DNA of 61,410 nt from Azonexus sp. (GTDB lineage: Bacteria; Pseudomonadota; Gammaproteobacteria; Burkholderiales; Rhodocyclaceae). The notes under the pieces were generated by a model. It searched no databases. It had not been told where the DNA came from and saw nothing but the letters and a program-made list of their open reading frames with translations. The stretch spans positions 1 to 61,410 of the forward strand of contig JAVEXE010000001.1 of assembly GCA_034004105.1 (NCBI GenBank). The letters run 5' to 3'. The position numbers were made by a program, and so were the translations under genes. This document shows, in pieces, positions 30,352-39,006 of this stretch; position 1 is the stretch's first letter; each line of letters starts with the position of its first letter.

Positions 30352-32154
30352 CTATCTCAAGATCGGCAGGCGACCTTTGATGGTTTTGCCGCCAGACAAG
30401 CGAGCGAAGAAATGCAGTGGCGGCAACTCGCTCAAAATCGCCGGAGGAATCAGGTCTGCTTCTTCTTCAGCCGCCTGCTCCTGGTAGGACGCACTATAGG
30501 CATCATGAATGTTCGAATCGACGTTGTGGCCGTAGCGGATCATCAACGTTCGTGCCTTGATCTTCGGGATGCCATCGGCGATGTACTGTTGGGTTTCGGC
30601 ATCCAGGATGCGCAAGGCGATCTTGTTGTTGGTGTTGGCGAGAACCTGACGAGCCTTGTTCTCATCACCTAATCGTGAAGCGAAGTCGGCGAAGGTCTGG
30701 GTCGCAATAGTGACGCGGAACAGCGCCCCGCCCCCTTTGTTCATCAACTGGATGGTCGGCTGGTTGATCACCTCCGCCGCCTCGTCAATGAACAGGTTCA
30801 CCGGTTTGATGGTGTCGATCCCGTAGTTGTAGCGGTCTCCTGCGACGGCCGCGAGATCTGCGAGCAGCACGGAGCCAATCGCACTGCCCACCGTAGCATC
30901 CGCCAGGGAGTCCAGTCCGACATAGAGCACCTTGTCTGCCCGAATCGCACGCGCCATATCCGTCACCACGCGTTCATGGCCAGCCCCGAAGTCCGGAGAC
31001 AAAAGATCCGTAAGCGGATCGCTGGTCAGCATCGAGAGAATCGGGATCAACGAAGCCACCATTTTCTGGAAGTGATCCCGGTTGTGCTCATAGGTCGAAA
31101 TCAATCCATCCAGATCGACGTTCTGTGCATCATGGATGACAATTTCCTTGTAGAAGGTGATGTAAGCGAGCAGCTGATTGCCTTTGTATTGCTTGACGAA
31201 GCTGCTGACCCGCGACTCCCAGTCTTGAACGTTGTGCTTGAAATGAAGTCGGAGTGCCTTCAATAACAGATCTTCCGGTCCGCCTTCGATATACCGCCGC
31301 AACTGAACCATGTTGGGGCGAACGCCCGTGGCGATCAGTCCGTTTACGATGTCATTGAGTACCTTCCAGCCGAAGGCCGTGAACGGATCGGCACCAGTTT
31401 CCGAGGGGATCAGCGCGGCGATGCGGCTGGCCAGCTCGGTTTTTCGGTTCCAGTTGCGCAGGGGATCGATGCAAGCCGATTTTTCTGGATGCGCCGGATG
31501 AAAGTAAATGAAGCGATCACCCTGCCCCAATGCCTCGCAAACTTTTCGGGCATTGTGGGCAAGCCCGTGATCGCCTTTCGGGTCGATGATGATGACCGGC
31601 TCCCCGCGACAGATGGCCTGCGCTATCAGAAGATCGAACAATCTCGTCTTTCCGACCCTTGTTGTCCCGACAATCAGGGTATGGCCAACGAGATTGGAGA
31701 GATCGGCGTAGGCGTCCTCTTCTTTTGCCAGTCCATGCAACCAGTACGCTCCATCCTTGTGCAGGATTTCCTTTCCCATCTGCGCAGCAACACCACGCCC
31801 GATCAGAGCGTGCATGCGACCCGCCTCGATGTCAGTCCAATGAAACCCGGAGCCCAGCCAAACCGCATCATGTAAAGACGCCCTTCTTGCAATCTTCAAG
31901 AGCTCGGGGACTTCGATGAACTGTTTCTCGGTGAGCCGGATACGCGTCTTGTCCTGGCTACGTCTCCATGCCTGGATACTCCTGTAAGCGGCAAAACCGG
32001 TACAAAAGAGCGAAGTCAGGACACCAAACCTGGTCGGGACGGGCAGTGTCTTGGTGACCGCCAAGGTGAGCGCAGACGCCCCCATCCATGTTGCCGCCAT
32101 TGGCCATTCGTAGACCCTGCGCCATGGATTGTCGAAGTCGTGTGAATCAAGCAC
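30352..32154 (-). CDS. traD: Type IV coupling protein TraD (SXT/IncC type)
   Basis: GHTLIVGTTRVGKT, IIDPKGD, LFIDEAAE, LMNKGGGA. Confidence 0.95.
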   Translation of the reverse strand: MLDSHDFDNPWRRVYEWPMAATWMGASALTLAVTKTLPVPTRFGVLTSLFCTGFAAYRSIQAWRRSQDKTRIRLTEKQFIEVPELLKIARRASLHDAVWLGSGFHWTDIEAGRMHALIGRGVAAQMGKEILHKDGAYWLHGLAKEEDAYADLSNLVGHTLIVGTTRVGKTRLFDLLIAQAICRGEPVIIIDPKGDHGLAHNARKVCEALGQGDRFIYFHPAHPEKSACIDPLRNWNRKTELASRIAALIPSETGADPFTAFGWKVLNDIVNGLIATGVRPNMVQLRRYIEGGPEDLLLKALRLHFKHNVQDWESRVSSFVKQYKGNQLLAYITFYKEIVIHDAQNVDLDGLISTYEHNRDHFQKMVASLIPILSMLTSDPLTDLLSPDFGAGHERVVTDMARAIRADKVLYVGLDSLADATVGSAIGSVLLADLAAVAGDRYNYGIDTIKPVNLFIDEAAEVINQPTIQLMNKGGGALFRVTIATQTFADFASRLGDENKARQVLANTNNKIALRILDAETQQYIADGIPKIKARTLMIRYGHNVDSNIHDAYSASYQEQAAEEEADLIPPAILSELPPLHFFARLSGGKTIKGRLPILR

Positions 32155-32182
32155 TGGCTACCCATTTCCTATCGGAGTCAGC

Positions 32183-32569
32183 CTAGATTCCGGCATCGGT
32201 CAGCATTGTTCGCGCTTTTTCCGTCAGCGTATCGACGGCAAGACGATAACCATCTGATTCATCGTCGCGATGCTCGAAGAGCAGCTTTGCCAGACCACGC
32301 TTGACCGCCTCGTAACGGATGTAGGGCCTTGAGACCAGTACCCTCAGCACATCCGGCAATCCATACCGCTTGACGTTGTGACGCCACGCAGTGACGTACT
32401 TTGCCGGATATCGTGTTGCCGCAAGGCGGATTGCCCCGTCAGCAAGCTCGAGAGCAATGATGTAGCCCCCTTCGGTTGAGAAGGCAGATGCCACTTTGAC
32501 GTCGACGTACTCGGGTTTTCCGTCGAAAAGCCAGACTTGCGGCTGGTCGGTTGTCTTGTTCGGATTCAT
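32183..32569 (-). CDS. Hypothetical protein, possible degenerate GIY-YIG/T5orf172-like fold
   Basis: GYIIALELADGAIRLAATRYP...LVSRPYIRYEA; first gene of the traD unit. Confidence 0.5.
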   Translation of the reverse strand: MNPNKTTDQPQVWLFDGKPEYVDVKVASAFSTEGGYIIALELADGAIRLAATRYPAKYVTAWRHNVKRYGLPDVLRVLVSRPYIRYEAVKRGLAKLLFEHRDDESDGYRLAVDTLTEKARTMLTDAGI

Positions 32570-32815
32570 GCGGTGAAAAATAACACCGCGACCTTCCGGA
32601 ACGAGACCGAAAAGCATCTCAAATTAATCTGTTTAGGGCAAACAGTCTCTCAAGTTTCCATCGGGATGGTATCCGGATGTAACGTTTGGTCTATTCGCCT
32701 ACTCACGGTCTGTTGCTCGTTCCATAGCCGACCTTAGAGTTCTGATTTAAATTGGTCGGCAATGCGCCGGTTCCCTGCCGATCAGTTCTTTGAACACGAA
32801 GTCGGGCACTGATGG

Positions 32816-33385
32816 TTATCGGGACTTGCTGCGGCGAAAAATCGTTTGTGCTCCGCTGACCCGAAGTCGATAACGAATCATCGACTCGCTGACTGCATAC
32901 TGAACTGCGGCATCTGAGACTGCAAGATTGTTGAAGATAATCTTCATAGCAGCTGGTTGCGGGACAAGAATCGCGCCGGACAACCAATTAGCCTCAGCTT
33001 CAATTTCGGCATTTCGATTACGTTTGCCGTCATCGTCGGCGAGAGGGGACGGGCTATGGCCTAACAGCGCATGTGCGAGTTCGTGAGCGATGGTGCTGTT
33101 CAATCGGACATCGGCATGGGCGTCGTTGTAGAGAATTAGGCGCCGTACCCCTTGGTGAATCGTAACCCCCGAGAACACGTCGGACTCGACGTCTCTAAAG
33201 TGCGCGAGATGAACATCAGGAACATACTCGGCGAGAGCAGACAACGGCACGGCCGGAATGGCAAGCCATTCCGCCAGCGCAAAGACGTTAATTGGAGCGT
33301 AATGCGCGAGACCGAGTTCGTTCCGGAGCTCCAGCGCGCGCTCCTCAGCCTCCTTCTTGAACCCTCTTCTTAGCTTTATGGCCAC
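32816..33385 (-). CDS. ImmA/IrrE-family metallopeptidase (CapP-like)
   Basis: RLNSTIAHELAH (HExxH), EAEANWLSGAILVP. Confidence 0.88.
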   Translation of the reverse strand: MAIKLRRGFKKEAEERALELRNELGLAHYAPINVFALAEWLAIPAVPLSALAEYVPDVHLAHFRDVESDVFSGVTIHQGVRRLILYNDAHADVRLNSTIAHELAHALLGHSPSPLADDDGKRNRNAEIEAEANWLSGAILVPQPAAMKIIFNNLAVSDAAVQYAVSESMIRYRLRVSGAQTIFRRSKSR

Positions 33386-33749
33386 TCGTCGAGATCTTTT
33401 CGAATTGTTTGTATGCCGCTGTAATTATATGATCCAGAGCGGCAACAGACTCCCTCGATAGATTCGGGTCTGCCCGCAGGTACGTCAGGATTTGATTTAG
33501 GCCGCCAGGTTGAGTCGGCCGCAGATCCTTGTCCATGACGAAATCTGCCGGGTTCAAACCTGACCACGCCGCTAACATGGAGAGACTGTCCGCGTCCGGG
33601 TTCTTGCCCTGAGCAAGGCGTGTGAGCGTAGAAGCGCTGACTTTGGTTGCCTGACTTACCTGCTTCCAAGTCAGACTCTTATTTCCTCTGATGTTATCTA
33701 GAGCACGGTAATAGCTGTCGCTGTCGAAGTGGCCGCGGATTGCTGCCAT
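33345..33749 (-). CDS. XRE HTH repressor (CapH-like)
   Basis: LTWKQVSQATKVSASTLTRLAQG; divergent from CBASS; overlaps the peptidase gene. Confidence 0.85.
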   Translation of the reverse strand: MAAIRGHFDSDSYYRALDNIRGNKSLTWKQVSQATKVSASTLTRLAQGKNPDADSLSMLAAWSGLNPADFVMDKDLRPTQPGGLNQILTYLRADPNLSRESVAALDHIITAAYKQFEKISTSGHKAKKRVQEGG

Positions 33750-33766
33750 CGTGTTCCTCCTAATAA

Positions 33767-33829
33767 ATTGCCAAATAGCAATTGACAGCCCAAGTGGAAA
33801 CGTTTACGCTGTTATTGCTATTTAGCAAT
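33767..33829 (+). promoter_or_regulatory. CBASS promoter flanked by two ATTGC-N6-GCAAT operators
   Basis: -35 TTGACA at 33782-87, 17-bp spacer, -10 TACGCT at 33805-10; palindromes at 33767-33782 and 33814-33829. Confidence 0.7.
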
Positions 33830-33865
33830 TGTAGTTCATTTGTGAGCCCTGATTAGGAGAAAGTG

Positions 33866-34042
33866 ATGGCGAAAAACCCGCCGATTGGCGATGGTCACCG
33901 TGTCGGCGCGGTGAAGCACCGTAGCCAGACCCAGACGCCCACCGGCAATTGGGTTAAGCGCGATACACAGACCGGCCGATTCCTAGACGTCAAGACCTCG
34001 GACTCCACCCCTTTTAAGGGCGTGCGTCGTGAGAAGAAGTAG
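33866..34042 (+). CDS. 58-aa basic hypothetical protein, first gene of the CBASS operon
   Basis: Below the ORF-track cut-off; RBS AGGAG; MAKNPPIGDGHRVGAVKHRSQTQTPTGNWVKRDTQTGRFLDVKTSDSTPFKGVRREKK. Confidence 0.8.
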   Translation: MAKNPPIGDGHRVGAVKHRSQTQTPTGNWVKRDTQTGRFLDVKTSDSTPFKGVRREKK

Positions 34043-34050
34043 GAGGCACC

Positions 34051-34368
34051 ATGTTGGATCGGCTCGCTGAATATTTCCTCTTGCACCCCAAACGGCTGGT
34101 AGCCGTAGGCGAAGTGCTTTGCTCTGCTGCATCTGCCCTGGTCATGCTCGGTGCCTGCGCGAACTTGTATACCGGTGCTGTTGCCACGATCAATAGCCTG
34201 GTCCATCAAGTTCGATCGCCATCAACGCTTGCCAACCTTCTTCCAGGCTTGCCGACATGGTGGGTACCCGAGACATTCGTAGGCTTTGTCTTCGTCATTG
34301 CCATCGCCATCGTCGGGATCGTAATTGCCCGTGAGGGCCGCAATCTTGAGCGATTCCTCGCCAATTGA
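34051..34368 (+). CDS. 105-aa 2-TM membrane protein
   Basis: RBS AGGAGG; two hydrophobic helices; its stop overlaps the capV TTG. Confidence 0.7.
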   Translation: MLDRLAEYFLLHPKRLVAVGEVLCSAASALVMLGACANLYTGAVATINSLVHQVRSPSTLANLLPGLPTWWVPETFVGFVFVIAIAIVGIVIAREGRNLERFLAN

Positions 34369-35429
34369 ATTTCCAAGCTCCGCCACAAACTAACTGCCCT
34401 ATGCAAAACGATACCCATTACGCCGAAAAGGACTTCTGGATCCTTGCCCTCTCCGGCGGCGGGTACCGTGGGCTATTTACCGCAACTGTCTTGCAGGAGA
34501 TGGAAAAGCGCTGCGGCGTACCCCTTGCAAAGAAGTTCGATTTGATTGCCGGGACTTCAGTTGGAAGCATTCTGGCCGCCGCGCTAGCCAAAGAAATTCC
34601 CGCCGATCGACTTCCTAAGCTGTTCCAGGAGCACGGCAAGACCATTTTTCACGGCTGGTGGAAGCAGTGGCCGCTGCTGAAGATGCTCAATCTGGGCTTC
34701 TTTTCCGCTCGCTATAGTGCCAAAGGCTTGAATTCGGTGCTGTCCCGCGACGACCTTCTGGGCAATGCCATCTTCAATGCCTTGGAGCACCGATTGATGA
34801 TCCCCGCAGTCAATCTATCAAAGGGATCGGCACAGTTTTTCAAAACTCAGCATTGCGCGGATTACCACTACGACGGCTCGGTGCCACTAAAAGACGCGGT
34901 GATCGCGTCCGCCGCCGCTCCGACCTTCTTCCCGGTTCATCGGTTTAATCAGAACCGCTATGCCGATGGAGGTCTGGTTGCCAATTCGCCAGCGTTGGTT
35001 GCATTCCATGAAGCCGTACACAAGCTCGACATACCGCCTGATCGTGTCCATGTTATCTCGATCGGAACAATGAATAAGTCCGTCACTATGGACCCCCGCT
35101 CCCCTCTGGATATCGGCCTGATCACCGGCGGTGGATGGCGCTTCTGGAAAGGCTGGCGACAGCGGGTCTTTGAGGTAACCCTGGCCGCCCAGGAACAGTT
35201 GTCCGAGGACATGCTCAAGCACGTTCTCAAAGACAAGGTTCTCCGTATTGATGTTCCGCTTGAGCCCGATCAGACCGCGGTTGTGAGTATTGATTCCGTG
35301 ACAGACGCGGCGAATGAAGTTTTAGAAGGCCAAGCCAGGGAAGCCGCTAAGAAAGAATTGACCGGCCCCACCTATGATCGCTGGATGAGCCACACCGCCT
35401 CCCCAGCACAATTTTTCAACCGCGGCTGA
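34365..35429 (+). CDS. capV: Patatin phospholipase, CBASS effector
   Basis: GGGYRG, GTSVG, DGG; directly upstream of the CD-NTase; alternative start ATG at 34401. Confidence 0.9.
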   Translation: MNFQAPPQTNCPMQNDTHYAEKDFWILALSGGGYRGLFTATVLQEMEKRCGVPLAKKFDLIAGTSVGSILAAALAKEIPADRLPKLFQEHGKTIFHGWWKQWPLLKMLNLGFFSARYSAKGLNSVLSRDDLLGNAIFNALEHRLMIPAVNLSKGSAQFFKTQHCADYHYDGSVPLKDAVIASAAAPTFFPVHRFNQNRYADGGLVANSPALVAFHEAVHKLDIPPDRVHVISIGTMNKSVTMDPRSPLDIGLITGGGWRFWKGWRQRVFEVTLAAQEQLSEDMLKHVLKDKVLRIDVPLEPDQTAVVSIDSVTDAANEVLEGQAREAAKKELTGPTYDRWMSHTASPAQFFNRG

Positions 35430-35438
35430 GGAGCTGTC

Positions 35439-36593
35439 ATGCCCAATTTTCACTCTGTCTTCGAGAAACGCATGGAGCCGCGTTGCTATCGGCAGTCCAT
35501 TACACCGGCCGAACCAGATAGGAAGCAACTTTTCGAAGCCAAAGATAAGGTGCGACGCCATCTTCTCACCGTAATCCCTCAACTGACCGAGGAAGCCTTC
35601 GGCAAGGAAGGACGGGCGACACCCAAGTTCTACGTTCAAGGCTCTTGGGCCTATGACACCTGTAACGCTCCGTGCCACGACAGCCAGGAGATGGATCTGG
35701 ACTACGGGGTCTACCTGCCTGTCAGCACCTGGGAGGACAGCGGCCTACCGCCCCAAACCGCAGCTCCTGTCTACTTCAAGATCATGGAGCGTGCCCTCAT
35801 GCCCCTCATCCAAAAAGAAGGATGGGCATTGGTGGACGACAAGGACACCTGTGTGCGAATCCAGATCAAGGGGATCAACGCCCACATCGATGTTCCGCTC
35901 TATGTCGCACCGGATGCAGAGTTCAAGCGGCTTGTCGAAGCAAGAGCGCATCTTGCCAAGGCATCGATGACCGCGGACATGGCCTTTGCCGAAAGCGAAA
36001 TCGATGAGCAGCAATGGCATGACTTCGAGAAGATCGCTCTGGCCATGCGAGATGGAAGCTGGAAGCCGTCCGATCCACGTAAGGTGTCCGACTGGTTCAA
36101 CACCAGCGTGCAACGTCATGGCGGTCAACTGCGGCGGGTCTGCCGATACCTCAAAGGCATGCGTGACTTCCATTGGACCGCTGGCGGACCCTCCTCGGTC
36201 TTACTGATGATTTGCGCTACCCAGAGCTGGCAAGGCTTCGAGGACCGAGATGACCTGGCCCTGCTCCATATTCTCGAAGAAATTGGCCCGATGCTCCTCG
36301 GCCCTGTCTACTGCCCCGAAATCTCAGACGAGGATTTCAACCGGATTAAGGAAATTGAACGTCACGTGGTAAAGAACTGGACCGATACCGCCGCAGTTGT
36401 GCTGAAGGACGTCATCAACAACTCGCGGATGCATCAGCTTCAAGAGGCATTCGACAAACTGCAATTCACTATCGATCACCGTATCCCCACAGCGCCAGAA
36501 TTGGTCTGCGTAGACAGCACGCCGGCGAGTATCCGTGCCTACGCCCCCGCCATCGTTCCGCAGAAACGGCACGAGGAGTCTCGCGCTGGCTGA
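35439..36593 (+). CDS. CD-NTase, DncV-like cyclic dinucleotide synthase
   Basis: QGSWAYDTCNAP, EMDLDYGVY, HIDVPLY, SDP, RVCRYLKGMRD. Confidence 0.92.
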   Translation: MPNFHSVFEKRMEPRCYRQSITPAEPDRKQLFEAKDKVRRHLLTVIPQLTEEAFGKEGRATPKFYVQGSWAYDTCNAPCHDSQEMDLDYGVYLPVSTWEDSGLPPQTAAPVYFKIMERALMPLIQKEGWALVDDKDTCVRIQIKGINAHIDVPLYVAPDAEFKRLVEARAHLAKASMTADMAFAESEIDEQQWHDFEKIALAMRDGSWKPSDPRKVSDWFNTSVQRHGGQLRRVCRYLKGMRDFHWTAGGPSSVLLMICATQSWQGFEDRDDLALLHILEEIGPMLLGPVYCPEISDEDFNRIKEIERHVVKNWTDTAAVVLKDVINNSRMHQLQEAFDKLQFTIDHRIPTAPELVCVDSTPASIRAYAPAIVPQKRHEESRAG

Positions 36594-38277
36594 CCACATT
36601 ATTGAAACGCGTGCGCAGGTTTCGGACTATCTGAACGCCATTGGATTCCGGGCCTGCGCCGTACCTTCTTGGATAGACAACCATCGAGCACTCGCCTTCG
36701 AGGGAACACTTGGACAAGGTAAGCAAGCCGAACCAGTTCAGGTAGTCATCACCGACTGGGACTTCGTCGACTCTCCGATTGTCCTTCTGCGACAGGATTC
36801 CGAACTGCTACGGAATCCGACGAATCCACATATCGGGATTTATGGGCATATTTGCTACCGCACCGACGGTATCGGAATTCTCAATGCGCACGTCCCGCAG
36901 AACGCAGTGGCGGCCTGCCTACGAGACGCTGAAGAAGTTGTTGCGCAAATTAAGACTGGCGGCAAATGGACGGATGCCGAGATCCAGCGTGAATTCGAGG
37001 CATACTGGAAGGGCGTTCCCCTAATCTCCTGCGGTCTCGATTTCTCGAAGAAGGAAGCTAAGGTTTTTCTTCCAGAGGGAGATTCGCCGCCCTACGGCTG
37101 GATTTATCAGGATGTCGAACGTGCAAGAGCTATCGCGCGTTCTATGGGTGTGGAGCCGCACCCCGGGGGAAAGGTTCATCTGCTGAAAGCGAGAAGGTCG
37201 CTATCTGTCGGCGGTGCAGGTGGAATTCCAAGCAATACAAAATCGCTGCTGAACTGGCTTCGCTGCTGGGATCCTGTCATACACAGGGATGTCATCGAGC
37301 TGATCTCGAAAAAGGAATTCTTCCAGGACGCTTCACCTCGCATCATCATCCAAGCCGACAATGCCACCATCGGATTCAGAATCCTACTCGATGAGAATTC
37401 GCTGAAAGCATTTGAAGATAAGGCGAGGGAGTTCCCTCACCGCTTGCGTCATCCATATCTCCCCCCCATTAAGATTCGTCGCTACGGCGTAGCCAATGCC
37501 AGCCCGGAGTTCATTTATTCACGGAATGGCCAGCAATCGCTGGGAGGAAAGAAGATACTTCTGATCGGCGCAGGGGCCATCGGTGGCTATCTGGCTGACA
37601 ATCTGGTCCGCATGGGAGCAGGCCATGCCGGCGGCCGGCTCACCATCATTGACCCGGACACTCTGCTTCCCGGAAATCTTAGCCGCCACCGACTAGGGAT
37701 GGATAGCGTCCTTAACTTCAAGGCGGATGCCTTGGCGAAGCGGCTCGACACCGAATTCCCATGGCTGAATATCAAACCGATCCACGAGGATGTCCTCACG
37801 TATCGGGGGATATTCCAGGCAGACCTAGTAATCGATGCGACAGGCGATGAGGCGCTCGGGAGAGCCATCAACCGCCGGCATCAGGCGCTCCCCGCCGATT
37901 CCAGCCCCCCGGTTCTCTATTGTTGGGTTGCTGGTGCAGGAGATGGCGTACAGGCCATCTGGGTCGATGCGGAACGAGGACACGCTTGCCTGGAGTGCCT
38001 AGCCCACCACGACAACCAAGGCAACTGGACACCACGGTTCAAATTTCTTCGTGGAACGACAAAACTGATGTTCGTCGGTTGCGCCGCTGTCACGCCATAC
38101 GCTGTCAGTTCGGCCATGACAGCTGCTGCCCTAGCATCAGAAATGATTGGTGACTGGCTCACTGGCAATGTAAACCCGCGATTCAGGAGCCGCGCTCGCT
38201 CGCATGGCGAAACCCACTCCATCCGCGACTCCTCACCAGATCGGTTGAAGGAGTGTCCCGCATGTCGCAGGACCTAA
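36586..38277 (+). CDS. cap2: Cap2 E2-E1 (ThiF) ubiquitin-transferase-like protein
   Basis: PHIGIYGHICY (E2), IGAGAIGG, DPD, NLSRH, DATG, CLEC, CPAC. Start uncertain: GTG 36535 or CTG 36586. Confidence 0.9.
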   Translation: MADHIIETRAQVSDYLNAIGFRACAVPSWIDNHRALAFEGTLGQGKQAEPVQVVITDWDFVDSPIVLLRQDSELLRNPTNPHIGIYGHICYRTDGIGILNAHVPQNAVAACLRDAEEVVAQIKTGGKWTDAEIQREFEAYWKGVPLISCGLDFSKKEAKVFLPEGDSPPYGWIYQDVERARAIARSMGVEPHPGGKVHLLKARRSLSVGGAGGIPSNTKSLLNWLRCWDPVIHRDVIELISKKEFFQDASPRIIIQADNATIGFRILLDENSLKAFEDKAREFPHRLRHPYLPPIKIRRYGVANASPEFIYSRNGQQSLGGKKILLIGAGAIGGYLADNLVRMGAGHAGGRLTIIDPDTLLPGNLSRHRLGMDSVLNFKADALAKRLDTEFPWLNIKPIHEDVLTYRGIFQADLVIDATGDEALGRAINRRHQALPADSSPPVLYCWVAGAGDGVQAIWVDAERGHACLECLAHHDNQGNWTPRFKFLRGTTKLMFVGCAAVTPYAVSSAMTAAALASEMIGDWLTGNVNPRFRSRARSHGETHSIRDSSPDRLKECPACRRT

Positions 38278-38753
38278 TTTACGCACAGAGTGGCGATGAC
38301 CCCAGTCGCGTGCTGATTCCGTCCACCATCGCCGATCAACTCAATCAATTCCAACAAACCCGCCTACAGGATCTCGAAGCAGGGGGTCTGCTCCTTGGAC
38401 TACGCCGAGGCCCTCATATCGAGATCATCCGAATCACGACTCCTCTCCAAAACGATATCCGCACGAAGACATCATTCCATCGACGCGATCTAGGGCACTT
38501 TCAACTGGCTGACCAGCTCTGGATGGAAAGCCAGCACACCATCGGATACGTTGGTGAATGGCATACCCATCCGGAGCCGCACCCCACCCCGTCTTTCATC
38601 GATACTTCCGAATGGCGCCGGGTAATGCGTACAGAGAAACGATCCACGGTCTTCCTCATAGTCGGAACCAGTCACTGGTACGTCGGACGGGGCCCAAGAG
38701 GGAAATGGCCATGGCCACTTCCACAGAAAGCGGAATCATTGCGAATAATGTAA
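38262..38753 (+). CDS. cap3: Cap3 JAB isopeptidase
   Basis: EAGGLLLG, YVGEWHTHPE...PSFID. Confidence 0.92.
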   Translation: MSQDLIYAQSGDDPSRVLIPSTIADQLNQFQQTRLQDLEAGGLLLGLRRGPHIEIIRITTPLQNDIRTKTSFHRRDLGHFQLADQLWMESQHTIGYVGEWHTHPEPHPTPSFIDTSEWRRVMRTEKRSTVFLIVGTSHWYVGRGPRGKWPWPLPQKAESLRIM

Positions 38754-39006
38754 GCCCTATTCGGACGGCTCTGCAACTGAATTGGGCAGTAGCAAACATC
38801 ATCAATCTGATGTTTTGAAGGTTTACACGCAGACCCACCGGCCTCTACGCCGTACCGCTGGGATTGACTGCGGTAATTGAACGGCCAGTGTCCGCCCCAT
38901 CGCTGCCGTAGATGCCGAATAAGTGAATGACTACAATGGCCGATCATTGTGCGGTGGCACCAACCCGGTATCCGCCCAACCCGCCATTCCGGTGAAACTC
39001 AGAAGT

